Assembly (NCBI GenBank): GCA_945883775.1 | Contig: CAMCYG010000001.1 | Coordinates: 606-64,605, forward strand | Origin: Victivallis vadensis | GTDB lineage: Bacteria; Verrucomicrobiota; Kiritimatiellia; UBA8416; CAMCYG01 | Length of the DNA stretch: 64,000 nt | Reading direction: 5' to 3' | Shown here: positions 16,113 to 24,966 of the stretch, one piece after another | Layout of the letters: the number at the start of each line of letters is the position of its first letter | How positions within the stretch are numbered: the stretch's first letter is position 1 | Position numbers and translations under genes: made by a program | The notes under the pieces: generated by a model | What the model was told of the DNA's origin: nothing | What the model saw: only the letters and a program-made list of their open reading frames with translations | Databases searched by the model: none

Positions 16113-17447
16113 TTACTGCTTGGGAGTAATTTGTATTGTGTGCACCACCGGCTTGACAGCAGCCCTCGCCAGCACAGCATCCTGTGCGTTACGCTCCCAA
16201 ATCTTCCGGGACAATGTTTCCGTTGCGGCGGCAACTTCCTTGTCTTCAGGGAAATCATCCATAATACCACGGAAATTCGTGATTAAGCCTTTGATCGCCC
16301 TGGTTTCCCTGTACTGCTTGCCGGCCACTACTTGATCGAGCTTGCTAAATGGCTCTGAAAAAGGGTTTTTAAGAAATGCATCAGCCAGATTTATACCAGC
16401 CTCCAACTCCGCCTTGGTAAAAGCTTTTGCTGAGTTACCCCACTTGACCTCAGCCATTGGAGCGGACAAGTTCTTAACCACAAGCATATAGCGGTTCAGA
16501 TCTCTATTGAAGGGCAGAAACGGTAGAATACTGCTAGTTCCATTAGAGTCTTTTTCATTGCCATAGAAACAAAACGGATAACGCGTACTTTCAACCTCAA
16601 CCTTGCCATTGGCCGCCGATATCACACGATGGCCCTCAGTTGCCGTGGCAGAACCGTTCATATCAACAGTGATGGTACCAATATTCCCATCCAACCCCAT
16701 GGCCTTGAGAAACGCGTAGGCCATTACCATGTGTCCATTCGCAGCTGGATGAACGCCATCGTTTCCACATACGCAGTAACCAGCGCCGAGAGCGGCCTTG
16801 GCATCCTCCATGACCTTCATCATGATCGGATGCAGTTTGGCATAGACAAATCCATTTTCGACTGCCAGACGGCCGGCAATCGCACTCAGTTTGGACAGAT
16901 TATCATTGTAGTATTTGTCTGCATCCGGCTCGCTGCTCTTCCAAGACTCCGTATCAACCGGGCCGGGGCCTCCGACAATCATGCGCGCACCGAGCTCCTT
17001 GCAACGAGTGTGAATACGCCTAGTCCCGTCTTCGTAGGTCTTACCAATAGCATCAGTATACGGCTGATAGGATCCGTCGTTCATGCCAAAGCAGGTTGTC
17101 ACAACAGTCGGCTTCCATGGCACGAAGTCGTTTTCCATGCGTTTGGCAAAACCAGGCGCTCTTTCACCGCTCCATCCGAACTGGTACATCGTGAGATCCA
17201 ATTGGGGCACGCAGGCAAGAAGATAGAGCTCCATAAATTTGCTGTACAGCTTTTGCTCAGTAATCGAGTCGCCCACAATGGCGACACGATCCCCCTTCTT
17301 GAGAATCAGCTCCTCCGCTATTCCCATCAATGGCGCAGAGAAACATCCCGCCACAATAAGAACAAACGTGAAGCTTTGAAAAACCAATACTCTTGCCAGT
17401 TGCTGAAACGCCCTGCTTTTAATCATAACGTTCGCTCCAATTTTCAT
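16113..17447 (-). CDS. SGNH/GDSL-family hydrolase, exported
   Basis: Blocks GDSITEQ, GMNDG and DGVHP. Hydrophobic N-terminal signal-like segment. Confidence 0.75.
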   Translation of the reverse strand: MKIGANVMIKSRAFQQLARVLVFQSFTFVLIVAGCFSAPLMGIAEELILKKGDRVAIVGDSITEQKLYSKFMELYLLACVPQLDLTMYQFGWSGERAPGFAKRMENDFVPWKPTVVTTCFGMNDGSYQPYTDAIGKTYEDGTRRIHTRCKELGARMIVGGPGPVDTESWKSSEPDADKYYNDNLSKLSAIAGRLAVENGFVYAKLHPIMMKVMEDAKAALGAGYCVCGNDGVHPAANGHMVMAYAFLKAMGLDGNIGTITVDMNGSATATEGHRVISAANGKVEVESTRYPFCFYGNEKDSNGTSSILPFLPFNRDLNRYMLVVKNLSAPMAEVKWGNSAKAFTKAELEAGINLADAFLKNPFSEPFSKLDQVVAGKQYRETRAIKGLITNFRGIMDDFPEDKEVAAATETLSRKIWERNAQDAVLARAAVKPVVHTIQITPKQ

Positions 17448-17471
17448 CTTTTTTTCAACCCACGTACCGCG

Positions 17472-18371
17472 CTACGCCTTACCCATTACCGTCAACATCT
17501 TCTTAAGTCCAGCCAATGAAAGCTCAACGCATTCCATCGGCGACTTACCATCCGGATAGGACTCCTGCTCCAGCACAAACCACTCAGTCCCTCCCACCTC
17601 GTAGCATGCCTCTATGACATTCTTCCAGTTTACCGAGTCTTCTCCAAATATCGCCTTCTTGCCGGCCTCTTTATTGACAACAGTCGGCTTGAAATGTGGG
17701 ATCTTCGTACGGCCCGGATGCTTCCTAACCCGCTCTACAGGATCAAGCCCGCAAGCCGCGGTCCATCCGCAGTCCTGTTGCAATACAACATCAGGCGTGG
17801 TGCGCTCAGCAAAGAGATCCCAGTACGTCTTCTTGGTTTCGGGATCTATAGCTGCAATCTCTTTATGATTGTGGTATCCGCAGGCCATGCCAAGCGGCTT
17901 CATAGCTTCCATGGCAGTGTTCAGCGTCTCTGCAAATTCCTTACTCTTCACCGGATTACTGAAAGCACCGTCACCAGGCACAATGATATACTTACAACCG
18001 ATAACTTGATGAAATTCCATGGTTTTCTTGAGCTCATCGCCTTTCAAGCTACCGGTACCCATATGAGTGCCTGTCGCTTTCAAGTTCAGGTCATCAAGCC
18101 TCTTTCTCAATTCCTTGGCCTTACCGCCATAGTTGTAATAGCCAGCGAACTCGACACCGCCGAAGCCCATCTTTGCAATCTGCGCCAGTGCCTCGTCAAA
18201 ATTGCCCTTGCAGTCATTGCGCACAGAATATAGCTGTACAGATAAACCGATTTTCCTGTCATCAGCCGCAAATATGTTTTTGGGCAACGCACAGGCCAGC
18301 GCCCCGAAAGCTGCCGTTTTCAGTATATCCCGCCGCGCCCATCCAGCTCCAACGATCAAGTCAGTATTCAT
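17472..18371 (-). CDS. sugar phosphate isomerase/epimerase (xylose isomerase-like TIM barrel) with TAT-type signal
   Basis: WARRDILKTAAFGALA twin-arginine N-terminus. GFGGVEFAG, GYHNH and VLEQE blocks. Confidence 0.8.
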   Translation of the reverse strand: MNTDLIVGAGWARRDILKTAAFGALACALPKNIFAADDRKIGLSVQLYSVRNDCKGNFDEALAQIAKMGFGGVEFAGYYNYGGKAKELRKRLDDLNLKATGTHMGTGSLKGDELKKTMEFHQVIGCKYIIVPGDGAFSNPVKSKEFAETLNTAMEAMKPLGMACGYHNHKEIAAIDPETKKTYWDLFAERTTPDVVLQQDCGWTAACGLDPVERVRKHPGRTKIPHFKPTVVNKEAGKKAIFGEDSVNWKNVIEACYEVGGTEWFVLEQESYPDGKSPMECVELSLAGLKKMLTVMGKA

Positions 18372-18521
18372 TGTATATTCCTCTCATGTTTAGATTGTGT
18401 ATAATGTGCCATAGTTGTTTTCAGCTGGTGTTTCATAATTTGCGCAACAATTTATGACAAAGATAGTATTAATACAATCACAAAGGAAACTGTCATCGCT
18501 CACGTGCGTTTATCTTTTTAA

Positions 18522-18545
18522 ATGTAGTCCCGGTGTCTCACCGGG
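18522..18545 (-). repeat. repeat family A hairpin (reverse)
   Basis: atgtagtcccggtgtctcaccggg. Confidence 0.85.
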
Positions 18546-18559
18546 TCTTAATCGAACTT

Positions 18560-18798
18560 GAGGTAGGGCGAAGCCCATAGCTATCAAGCTAAGGCATTTA
18601 TATTGCTAAAATCAGATTCCCGTAGGGGCGCTGCTCGCCGGCGCCCGTCTTTCTCCATCAGCATTGTGGCGTTGTTGAGCAACGCCCGCGGGCGCCGACT
18701 AGCAGCGCCCCTACATTTCGCGCTTCGGACTGAGCAATTCCATATAAGAACCATACCGAATTATCCTTAGCTTGATAGCGATGGGCTTCGCCCTACCT
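18560..18798. repeat. three-level nested palindrome (families E and F plus a central hairpin)
   Basis: E arms at 18560-18594 and 18765-18798. F arms at 18619-18647 and 18689-18714. Core ggcgttg ttgag caacgcc at 18668-18686. Confidence 0.85.
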
Positions 18799-18829
18799 AG
18801 CGGCAATCTTCATTCTGTCATAATATCCA

Positions 18830-18986
18830 GTTCCTTTCCGCCGGCGCATGACACATGCGCCGCTACAGACAGAAAAACTTTCCTCACTGTAGCTGAGCTT
18901 GCTTGCCAGGCCATAGCCTCTTGGCGACGGCTGGTGTCAAGCTCAGTTCCTTTCCGCCGGCGCATGACACCATCCTTCGTCCATGC
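18830..18986 (+). repeat. repeat family B composite (B1-B2-B1)
   Basis: See 12839-12972. It makes up most of the listed ORF 18772..19062. Confidence 0.9.
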
Positions 18987-19058
18987 AATGCGGCAGAACT
19001 ACATTCCTGAAAGAGTCGGCTTGATATTATCAGCTCAAACAGGTATTAACCTCTACCA

Positions 19059-19814
19059 ATGAACGCAAACAGACAATTGATATACGGTCGTCAGCCTATA
19101 ATAGAAGTACTCAAAGCCCAACGGCGAGAGATCCGCAAGCTTTTCGTAAGCGATACGGCACGTCGCTCTCCGGAGATAAGCGCAATACTGGAACTGGCTG
19201 GCAAGCTTCAGATAGAGCAGTCGAACATCACTGCCCGCCTGATCGACGAGATGACAGAGGGCGCACATAATCAGGGTGTTGTGCTCGAAGTCGGAGAATA
19301 TCCTTATTGCGACATCAAAGCCGTGCTTGCAGAGATCGAAGCCATGCCTTCTAAGCAGAACGCGCTATTCCTTTTTCTCGACCACATTGAGGACCCTCAG
19401 AATCTGGGCGCCATACTCAGAACAGCCGAGTGCTTCGGTGTTGATTGCGTGGTAATCCCCGAAGACCGAGCTGCACCGGTTACTCCTACTGTCGTCAGGA
19501 CGTCCGCCGGAGCAAGCGAGCATATCCGCATAGCAAGGGTCAATAACCTCGTCAGGATAATGACACAGATGAAAGAGAAGGAAGTCTGGTTCTTTGGACT
19601 GGAGTCAATCCCGGAGGCTAAGGACATCAACACAGGTGACTTCAAGGGAAAGGCGGCACTGGTCATAGGCAGTGAAGGCCACGGCCTTGGCAGACTTGTC
19701 CGAGAGACCTGTGATCACCTTGTAAAGATCCAGATAGCTGGCAAGACCGGCTCCCTCAACGCATCCGTTGCGACTGCCATCGCACTCTATGTGGCAAAAA
19801 GCAAAGCAGGATAA
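19059..19814 (+). CDS. rlmB: 23S rRNA 2-prime-O-ribose methyltransferase, SpoU/TrmH family
   Basis: LDHIEDPQNLGAILRTAECFG, LVIGSEGHGL, and IAGKTGSLNASVATAIALY knot motifs. N-terminal substrate-binding-like segment. Confidence 0.85.
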   Translation: MNANRQLIYGRQPIIEVLKAQRREIRKLFVSDTARRSPEISAILELAGKLQIEQSNITARLIDEMTEGAHNQGVVLEVGEYPYCDIKAVLAEIEAMPSKQNALFLFLDHIEDPQNLGAILRTAECFGVDCVVIPEDRAAPVTPTVVRTSAGASEHIRIARVNNLVRIMTQMKEKEVWFFGLESIPEAKDINTGDFKGKAALVIGSEGHGLGRLVRETCDHLVKIQIAGKTGSLNASVATAIALYVAKSKAG

Positions 19815-19845
19815 AGAGCCTTCTTATTTATCTCAAATGCAGGTT

Positions 19846-19920
19846 AAACTACGAAATACGGGCGCGAAATAAAAACACTACATATCATATAGTTTCGCGT
19901 GTTTAGCGCATTTCGTAGTT
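19846..19920. repeat. imperfect inverted repeat downstream of rlmB
   Basis: aaactacgaaatacgggcgcgaaa pairs with tttcgcgtgtttagcgcatttcgtagtt around an AT-rich loop. Confidence 0.6.
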
Positions 19921-19986
19921 ATATTAACTGACGGATTTAGGATAAATTTAGGCACGGTATCCACATCGGGTTCTTTGCGGTTTTTT

Positions 19987-20010
19987 CCCGGTGAGACACC
20001 GGGACTACAT
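19987..20010 (+). repeat. repeat family A hairpin
   Basis: cccggtgagacaccgggactacat, identical to 3119-3142. Confidence 0.9.
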
Positions 20011-20023
20011 TGAAGATTAGCCT

Positions 20024-20077
20024 TATTCCGTCTTCTGACTTCTGAATCCTGAATTCCGACTACTGAATTCTTCTTTA
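20024..20077 (-). repeat. heptad tract (7 units) directly 3-prime of the nadB stop
   Basis: tattccg tcttctg acttctg aatcctg aattccg actactg aattctt. Confidence 0.7.
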
Positions 20078-21730
20078 TTACAGATGACTGCCGGGCTGGT
20101 CGGCGATGACCGTCTCGTGCGGTGGTGGAGAATCCTTCCGGTCGGGATAATCAAGAGTGTATTGCAGCCCCCTGCTCTCTTTGCGGTCCATTGCAGACCT
20201 CACGATAAGCTCAGCTATATCCGCGATATTCCTCAGCTCCAAAATATCGGCGGTAACCAGGTAATCCATATAATACTGCCTGATTTCCTGTCGTAAGTTC
20301 CTGATCCTGCGCCAGGCCCTTTCAAGGCGTTTATCGGTCCTCACGATACCGACATAGTCCCACATACAGGTTCGGACCTCGTTCCAGTTGTGCTCGACAA
20401 CAATGCTCTCATCACTGGGCACAGCGGCACCATACTGCCAGTCAGGTATAGCGATCCGACTATCTTCAGTATCCAGCTTGATTTTTAGAATCTTCTCCGA
20501 CATCTCATGAGCACAGACGACTGCCTCCAGCAAAGAATTACTCGCCAGACGATTCGCCCCATGCAGACCGGTACACGCCACCTCCCCAACTGCAAAAAGC
20601 CCCGGCAAGGCAGTTGAGCCATCAACACCAGCCTCTACACCTCCACAGAAATAATGGGCCGCAGGCACAACAGGAATAAGATCCTTCGCCATGTTTATCC
20701 CGAACTTCAGACATGTTGCGTATATATTTGGGAACCTGGCCAGAAGATAGTCTTCTGGCTTATGACGGATATCGAGATACACGCAAGGCGCACCTTTGGA
20801 TTTCATCTCACTGTCAATAGCCCGGGCAACAATATCACGCGGCGCCAAGGCTCCGCGCGCATCATACTTCTCCATAAAGGATTTACCCGCTGAATCCACT
20901 AGCTTCGCGCCTTCGCCGCGAACCGCTTCGCTTATCAGGAACGATTTAGCCTGAGGATGAAAGAGGCAGGTCGGATGAAACTGAATAAACTCCATGTTTT
21001 TTATCGGCACACCGGCACGCCAGGCCATTGCCATGCCGTCGCCTGTGGCAATATCAGGATTGCTCGTGTACAGATAAACTTTCCCGCCGCCGCCAGTTGC
21101 CAGAATGACAACCGGTGCACGCACGGCAAATATCTCGCCCTCGCTGGTATTCAGCATATAGGCACCAACACATCTATTGGATCCCGCCCCCCTCAACCAG
21201 CTCGTGGTGATGAGATCTATAGCCATCGTATGCTCTTTGATGCGGATATTGCTGTCGGCATGGATACGATCAAGCAGGACTTCTTCGATCTTTCTGCCTG
21301 TTATATCACCGGCATGGAGAACGCGCCGCTTGGTGTGACCGCCCTCTTTGCCAAGGTCATACCCTCCACCTGATTCCGCACTGCGTTCGGCAAAATGCAG
21401 ACCAAGTTTTTCAAGATCTGCTATACGCTCGGGCCCTTCGCTAATGATCTTTGTTACGACCTCGACATTGCAGAGTCCCGCGCCGGCATCAAGAGTGTCT
21501 TTGATATGGTCATTAAAAGTGTCGGTCGCCGCCATGACACAGGCAATGCCGCCCTGCGCATAGTTCGTATTGCTTTCGGCCCGTTGTTTCTTCGTGCAAA
21601 TGATGACCTTGCCCTTTTTTGAAAGCTTAAGAGCTGAGACCAGGCCGGCGATCCCGCTACCGATTATCAGGTAATCTGTATCTACTATTCTCATCGCACG
21701 AATGTTCAAGCCGGCGGGCTGGATTGTCAA
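20078..21730 (-). CDS. nadB: L-aspartate oxidase
   Basis: FAD motif IIGSGIAGL, NYAQGGI, HGANRLASNSLLE. 550 aa. Confidence 0.95.
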   Translation of the reverse strand: MTIQPAGLNIRAMRIVDTDYLIIGSGIAGLVSALKLSKKGKVIICTKKQRAESNTNYAQGGIACVMAATDTFNDHIKDTLDAGAGLCNVEVVTKIISEGPERIADLEKLGLHFAERSAESGGGYDLGKEGGHTKRRVLHAGDITGRKIEEVLLDRIHADSNIRIKEHTMAIDLITTSWLRGAGSNRCVGAYMLNTSEGEIFAVRAPVVILATGGGGKVYLYTSNPDIATGDGMAMAWRAGVPIKNMEFIQFHPTCLFHPQAKSFLISEAVRGEGAKLVDSAGKSFMEKYDARGALAPRDIVARAIDSEMKSKGAPCVYLDIRHKPEDYLLARFPNIYATCLKFGINMAKDLIPVVPAAHYFCGGVEAGVDGSTALPGLFAVGEVACTGLHGANRLASNSLLEAVVCAHEMSEKILKIKLDTEDSRIAIPDWQYGAAVPSDESIVVEHNWNEVRTCMWDYVGIVRTDKRLERAWRRIRNLRQEIRQYYMDYLVTADILELRNIADIAELIVRSAMDRKESRGLQYTLDYPDRKDSPPPHETVIADQPGSHL

Positions 21731-21781
21731 CCATTTTTCTACGTAAATCGCCGTACGATTTACTTTTTCCTTTTCCCATAG

Positions 21782-23974
21782 GTGGGTTACCGCTATTCTT
21801 ACACTGTAAGGATGGATTGCCCAATAAGAGCCTGCATTAAATTCTGGAGTGAGTTGTTCGAGACTGGCATGTCGCGTTCCGGCGGGGACTATTTCTTTGT
21901 CCCTGCTGTTGCATTTGACGTAAACAATGCTGGCAACTGGATTACGAATGGCACTTACACCAATCTGTCTGTGTTTAGCATAGACAGCGACTCACAGCTG
22001 AGATCCTACATTGAAGGAATCCGCCCTGCCAGCGACATGACCATTACCGTACATATGGGAACAGTCTCCTGTTCCGTGTGGCAGTGGAAGGATAGCATGA
22101 AATTGACCACCCTTAAAGTGGACTTGGTTCCCGACTTCAATCACGACAGAACTATTGACGAAACCAACGACCGTGGCAAGGCCACTGTATCAAATCCGTT
22201 CCGGTTCTGGATCAATGACGACAATGATGATGAGTTCAGTGCGACTTCAGGGAATGATTGGCCAGATCAAACAAGCCACCCGGACTGGGAGTCTGTTTCC
22301 TTATTCGGTCAGGTTTGCGTTGTTGACGGAGTCCGCGACCTCGTCGATTTCTTTCCGGTATTCATTGATCTGAAGGATACATTAAATCTGCTTGGCACGA
22401 CGGACTATAAGTACGTTCTCAAGCATGAAGAAAATGCGGTCAATGCCCTGATCGATTCTGGATTGACGCTGAGTACTGTTCAGAACTACTTGATAGATAA
22501 TGCTTGCTGTGAGGCGCATGCGCACGCCGCATTGGAATACATTTCCTCAGTCGGCTATGAGTTGCCATCGAGCTTCTTGAATGGAATCGTCAATGAAAAT
22601 AAGGGGGTGATTCTAGTGGAGGGGCGGAATGCAAGCGACAAACCCCTGGTTCTGGAAATTATAAAGAAGTCTGATAACACTATTATCTTCAAGAAGGAAA
22701 TGCCGCTGAGCCTTTCCAAGGTGACAGATATGTACCGCTACAAGAACTTGAGATCGGAATCCGGAGATCTCACAGGAGGCGGCGCGAGTCACACCGGTGA
22801 TCCTTCCAATAATCCTGATAGTTTGAGCAACGGGAAAAACGTTGTGTTCATTCACGGTTTTAACGAAACTCCAGATGCCGGACGGGGAAATATTGCAGAG
22901 ACTTTCAAGCGATTGTACTGGTCTGGCTCCAAGGCTAAATACACCGGCGTTGCGTGGTTTGGAGACCAAGGGACTCCTGCCTTTGCTCATTATCATTGGG
23001 ATGTTGCAAACGCGTTTGTTACAGCGCCAGCATTTGCTCAGTATCTTTCGACATTGCAGGGAGAAGTTAATGTCATTGCGTTCAGTCTTGGCAATATGGT
23101 GGTGTCGAGTGCCATTCAAGACTGCTCAGCGAACCCTGCCAGATATTTCATGCTGCATGCGGCGGTGGCAGCTGAGGCATATGAATCAACCAGGTTTGAT
23201 CCAGACATGGTTCAGATGGATTGGCGGCCTTATACAAACAGCCTCTATGCAAGCAAATGGAATACTCTTTTTCCGACAAATGACGGGAGACGTTCGCTTA
23301 CATGGGCAGGTCGCTTCTCTTCGGCAATTGGCCCACAGGTGTTTAACTATTTCTCCGATGGTGAAGACGTTTTGGAAAATCTCACCACAGGTGCTATCGG
23401 TTTCGGAACAATGTGGGACACGATAACAACACGGGGCGAGTATGCCTGGGCTATTCAAGAAATGTGGAAAGGTCGCTGGTGGAATTTGCCGAGCTCTTGG
23501 ATTGTAGGTGGTAGCGACTACGGTGGATGGGGCTTTACGGCGGACGCGAATTATTACACCAATTCGGTTATCTTTGCGCCGAATCGAGCCTGTCAGATCG
23601 CAGCCAACGAATTAATGGCGGTCCCGTTCTTTAATTCCGACGCTCCGGTTCCGTCGTTGTTGGCTGAGCCAAACAATCCAACCGGTGTTGGAAGTCAATA
23701 TGCTACCGCCAATCGTAGCCAAATCTTGGCCGACATGATACCCGCGTTGAGTTTCGCTACAGGAGCAAACAGCTTATCTTCGTTAAATGATCCCGTTAAT
23801 GGTAATCGAAATCTCGATATGAATACTTTGTTCAAGAACGGCTGGCCTGCAGCTCGATTGTCTGGTTGGAGCAATGACCGTTGGTTGCATGGCGATTATA
23901 GAGCGGTAGCTTATGTATATGTTTATACACTGTTTGACGATATAGTTAAGACGAAAGGACAGCTGAACCAATGA
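21782..23974 (+). CDS. hypothetical protein with C-terminal alpha/beta-hydrolase (DUF900-like esterase/lipase) domain
   Basis: VVFIHGFNETPD, nucleophile elbow AFSLGN, candidate acid YFSDGEDV and His WLHGDY. The N-terminal part has Asp-rich Ca-loop-like DFNHDRTIDETND and FWINDDNDD. No signal peptide. Start uncertain (GTG 21782, ATG 21812 or 21869). Confidence 0.5.
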   Translation: MGYRYSYTVRMDCPIRACIKFWSELFETGMSRSGGDYFFVPAVAFDVNNAGNWITNGTYTNLSVFSIDSDSQLRSYIEGIRPASDMTITVHMGTVSCSVWQWKDSMKLTTLKVDLVPDFNHDRTIDETNDRGKATVSNPFRFWINDDNDDEFSATSGNDWPDQTSHPDWESVSLFGQVCVVDGVRDLVDFFPVFIDLKDTLNLLGTTDYKYVLKHEENAVNALIDSGLTLSTVQNYLIDNACCEAHAHAALEYISSVGYELPSSFLNGIVNENKGVILVEGRNASDKPLVLEIIKKSDNTIIFKKEMPLSLSKVTDMYRYKNLRSESGDLTGGGASHTGDPSNNPDSLSNGKNVVFIHGFNETPDAGRGNIAETFKRLYWSGSKAKYTGVAWFGDQGTPAFAHYHWDVANAFVTAPAFAQYLSTLQGEVNVIAFSLGNMVVSSAIQDCSANPARYFMLHAAVAAEAYESTRFDPDMVQMDWRPYTNSLYASKWNTLFPTNDGRRSLTWAGRFSSAIGPQVFNYFSDGEDVLENLTTGAIGFGTMWDTITTRGEYAWAIQEMWKGRWWNLPSSWIVGGSDYGGWGFTADANYYTNSVIFAPNRACQIAANELMAVPFFNSDAPVPSLLAEPNNPTGVGSQYATANRSQILADMIPALSFATGANSLSSLNDPVNGNRNLDMNTLFKNGWPAARLSGWSNDRWLHGDYRAVAYVYVYTLFDDIVKTKGQLNQ

Positions 23975-24966
23975 AATTCTTTTGCAGAATAATTATTCTG
24001 ATTTGTATCTTCTTTTGCAGTAACAGTTATGCGGGTGCTCCGATGCAGCTTCCAGATGCCAAATTGACGATTAAGGTCGTGGATGAGGATAATAAGCCAT
24101 TGCCTCATATTCCAATTCACGTGTGGCTAAGTGAAGCGGTGATCTTTGATAGCCAAACAGATAGTAATGGGGTGTTTGTTGCCGAAGGTAAATGTACGGT
24201 AAAGGAGGTTCCCATCAGAATAGTCAAAGAGGGATTCTATGATTCAATGAATCTGCTCATATTCACTAACTATCCGAATATCAATGATAATAAGTGGTAT
24301 CCATGGAATCCCGTTGTTACGGCTGTGGTCAGGCGAATAATTAATCCAATACCGATGTTTGCAAAATGTTTGGAAACGAAAATACCTAAAACTAATGAAT
24401 GTTTTGGTTATGATTTGGAGATTGGTGATTGGGTTACGCCTGCGGGAAAAGGAGTCGTCAGTGACCTTGTCTTTAGTATCGAAGGCGTTTGGCAAAATTA
24501 CCGTGATAATGATTCAACTCTCACGCTTACCTTTTCTCAGCCTAATGATGGACTTGTTACGGTTGGGCATGACGTGCTTGATAGGAGGCCAACCGGAAGT
24601 AAATTCATTCTCCCTCGCAATGCGGCAGACAGTGGATACGTCAATTGTTTCAAATGGCGCCGTGTGAGAAAACAACTTACTGATTCTATTCAGGATCAGG
24701 TTGTTGATGATGTGAACGTGGAAGGCCGCGATTACATATTCCGAGTCAGGAGTCAGACGAATGAAGCAGGTGTTGTGACCAATGCCTGTTATGGAAAGTT
24801 CCATGGCAATATCGAGTTTGTTGGTGCGGCAGGAAATAGTCAAGGAAGCTGGTTGAAGTTTACTTACTATCTTAATCCAAATCCTAACGACAGGAATCTT
24901 GAATTTGATCCGAAGAGGAATCTATTTAAGAATCTGAAGTCCACGGAAGAAGTACGGGAGCCGTGA
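23971..24966 (+). CDS. exported hypothetical protein with carboxypeptidase-regulatory-like beta-sandwich
   Basis: Signal peptide MKFFCRIIILICIFFCSNSYAGAP. LTIKVVDEDNKPLPHIPIHVW...DSNGVF resembles the CarboxypepD_reg fold. The start overlaps the upstream stop (ATGA). Confidence 0.5.
   Translation: MKFFCRIIILICIFFCSNSYAGAPMQLPDAKLTIKVVDEDNKPLPHIPIHVWLSEAVIFDSQTDSNGVFVAEGKCTVKEVPIRIVKEGFYDSMNLLIFTNYPNINDNKWYPWNPVVTAVVRRIINPIPMFAKCLETKIPKTNECFGYDLEIGDWVTPAGKGVVSDLVFSIEGVWQNYRDNDSTLTLTFSQPNDGLVTVGHDVLDRRPTGSKFILPRNAADSGYVNCFKWRRVRKQLTDSIQDQVVDDVNVEGRDYIFRVRSQTNEAGVVTNACYGKFHGNIEFVGAAGNSQGSWLKFTYYLNPNPNDRNLEFDPKRNLFKNLKSTEEVREP

Noticed and set aside
16629-17519. The 296-aa plus-strand ORF.
   Set aside because: It is antisense to the SGNH hydrolase gene, which has all the catalytic blocks. 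It has no motifs and a shadow-frame composition.
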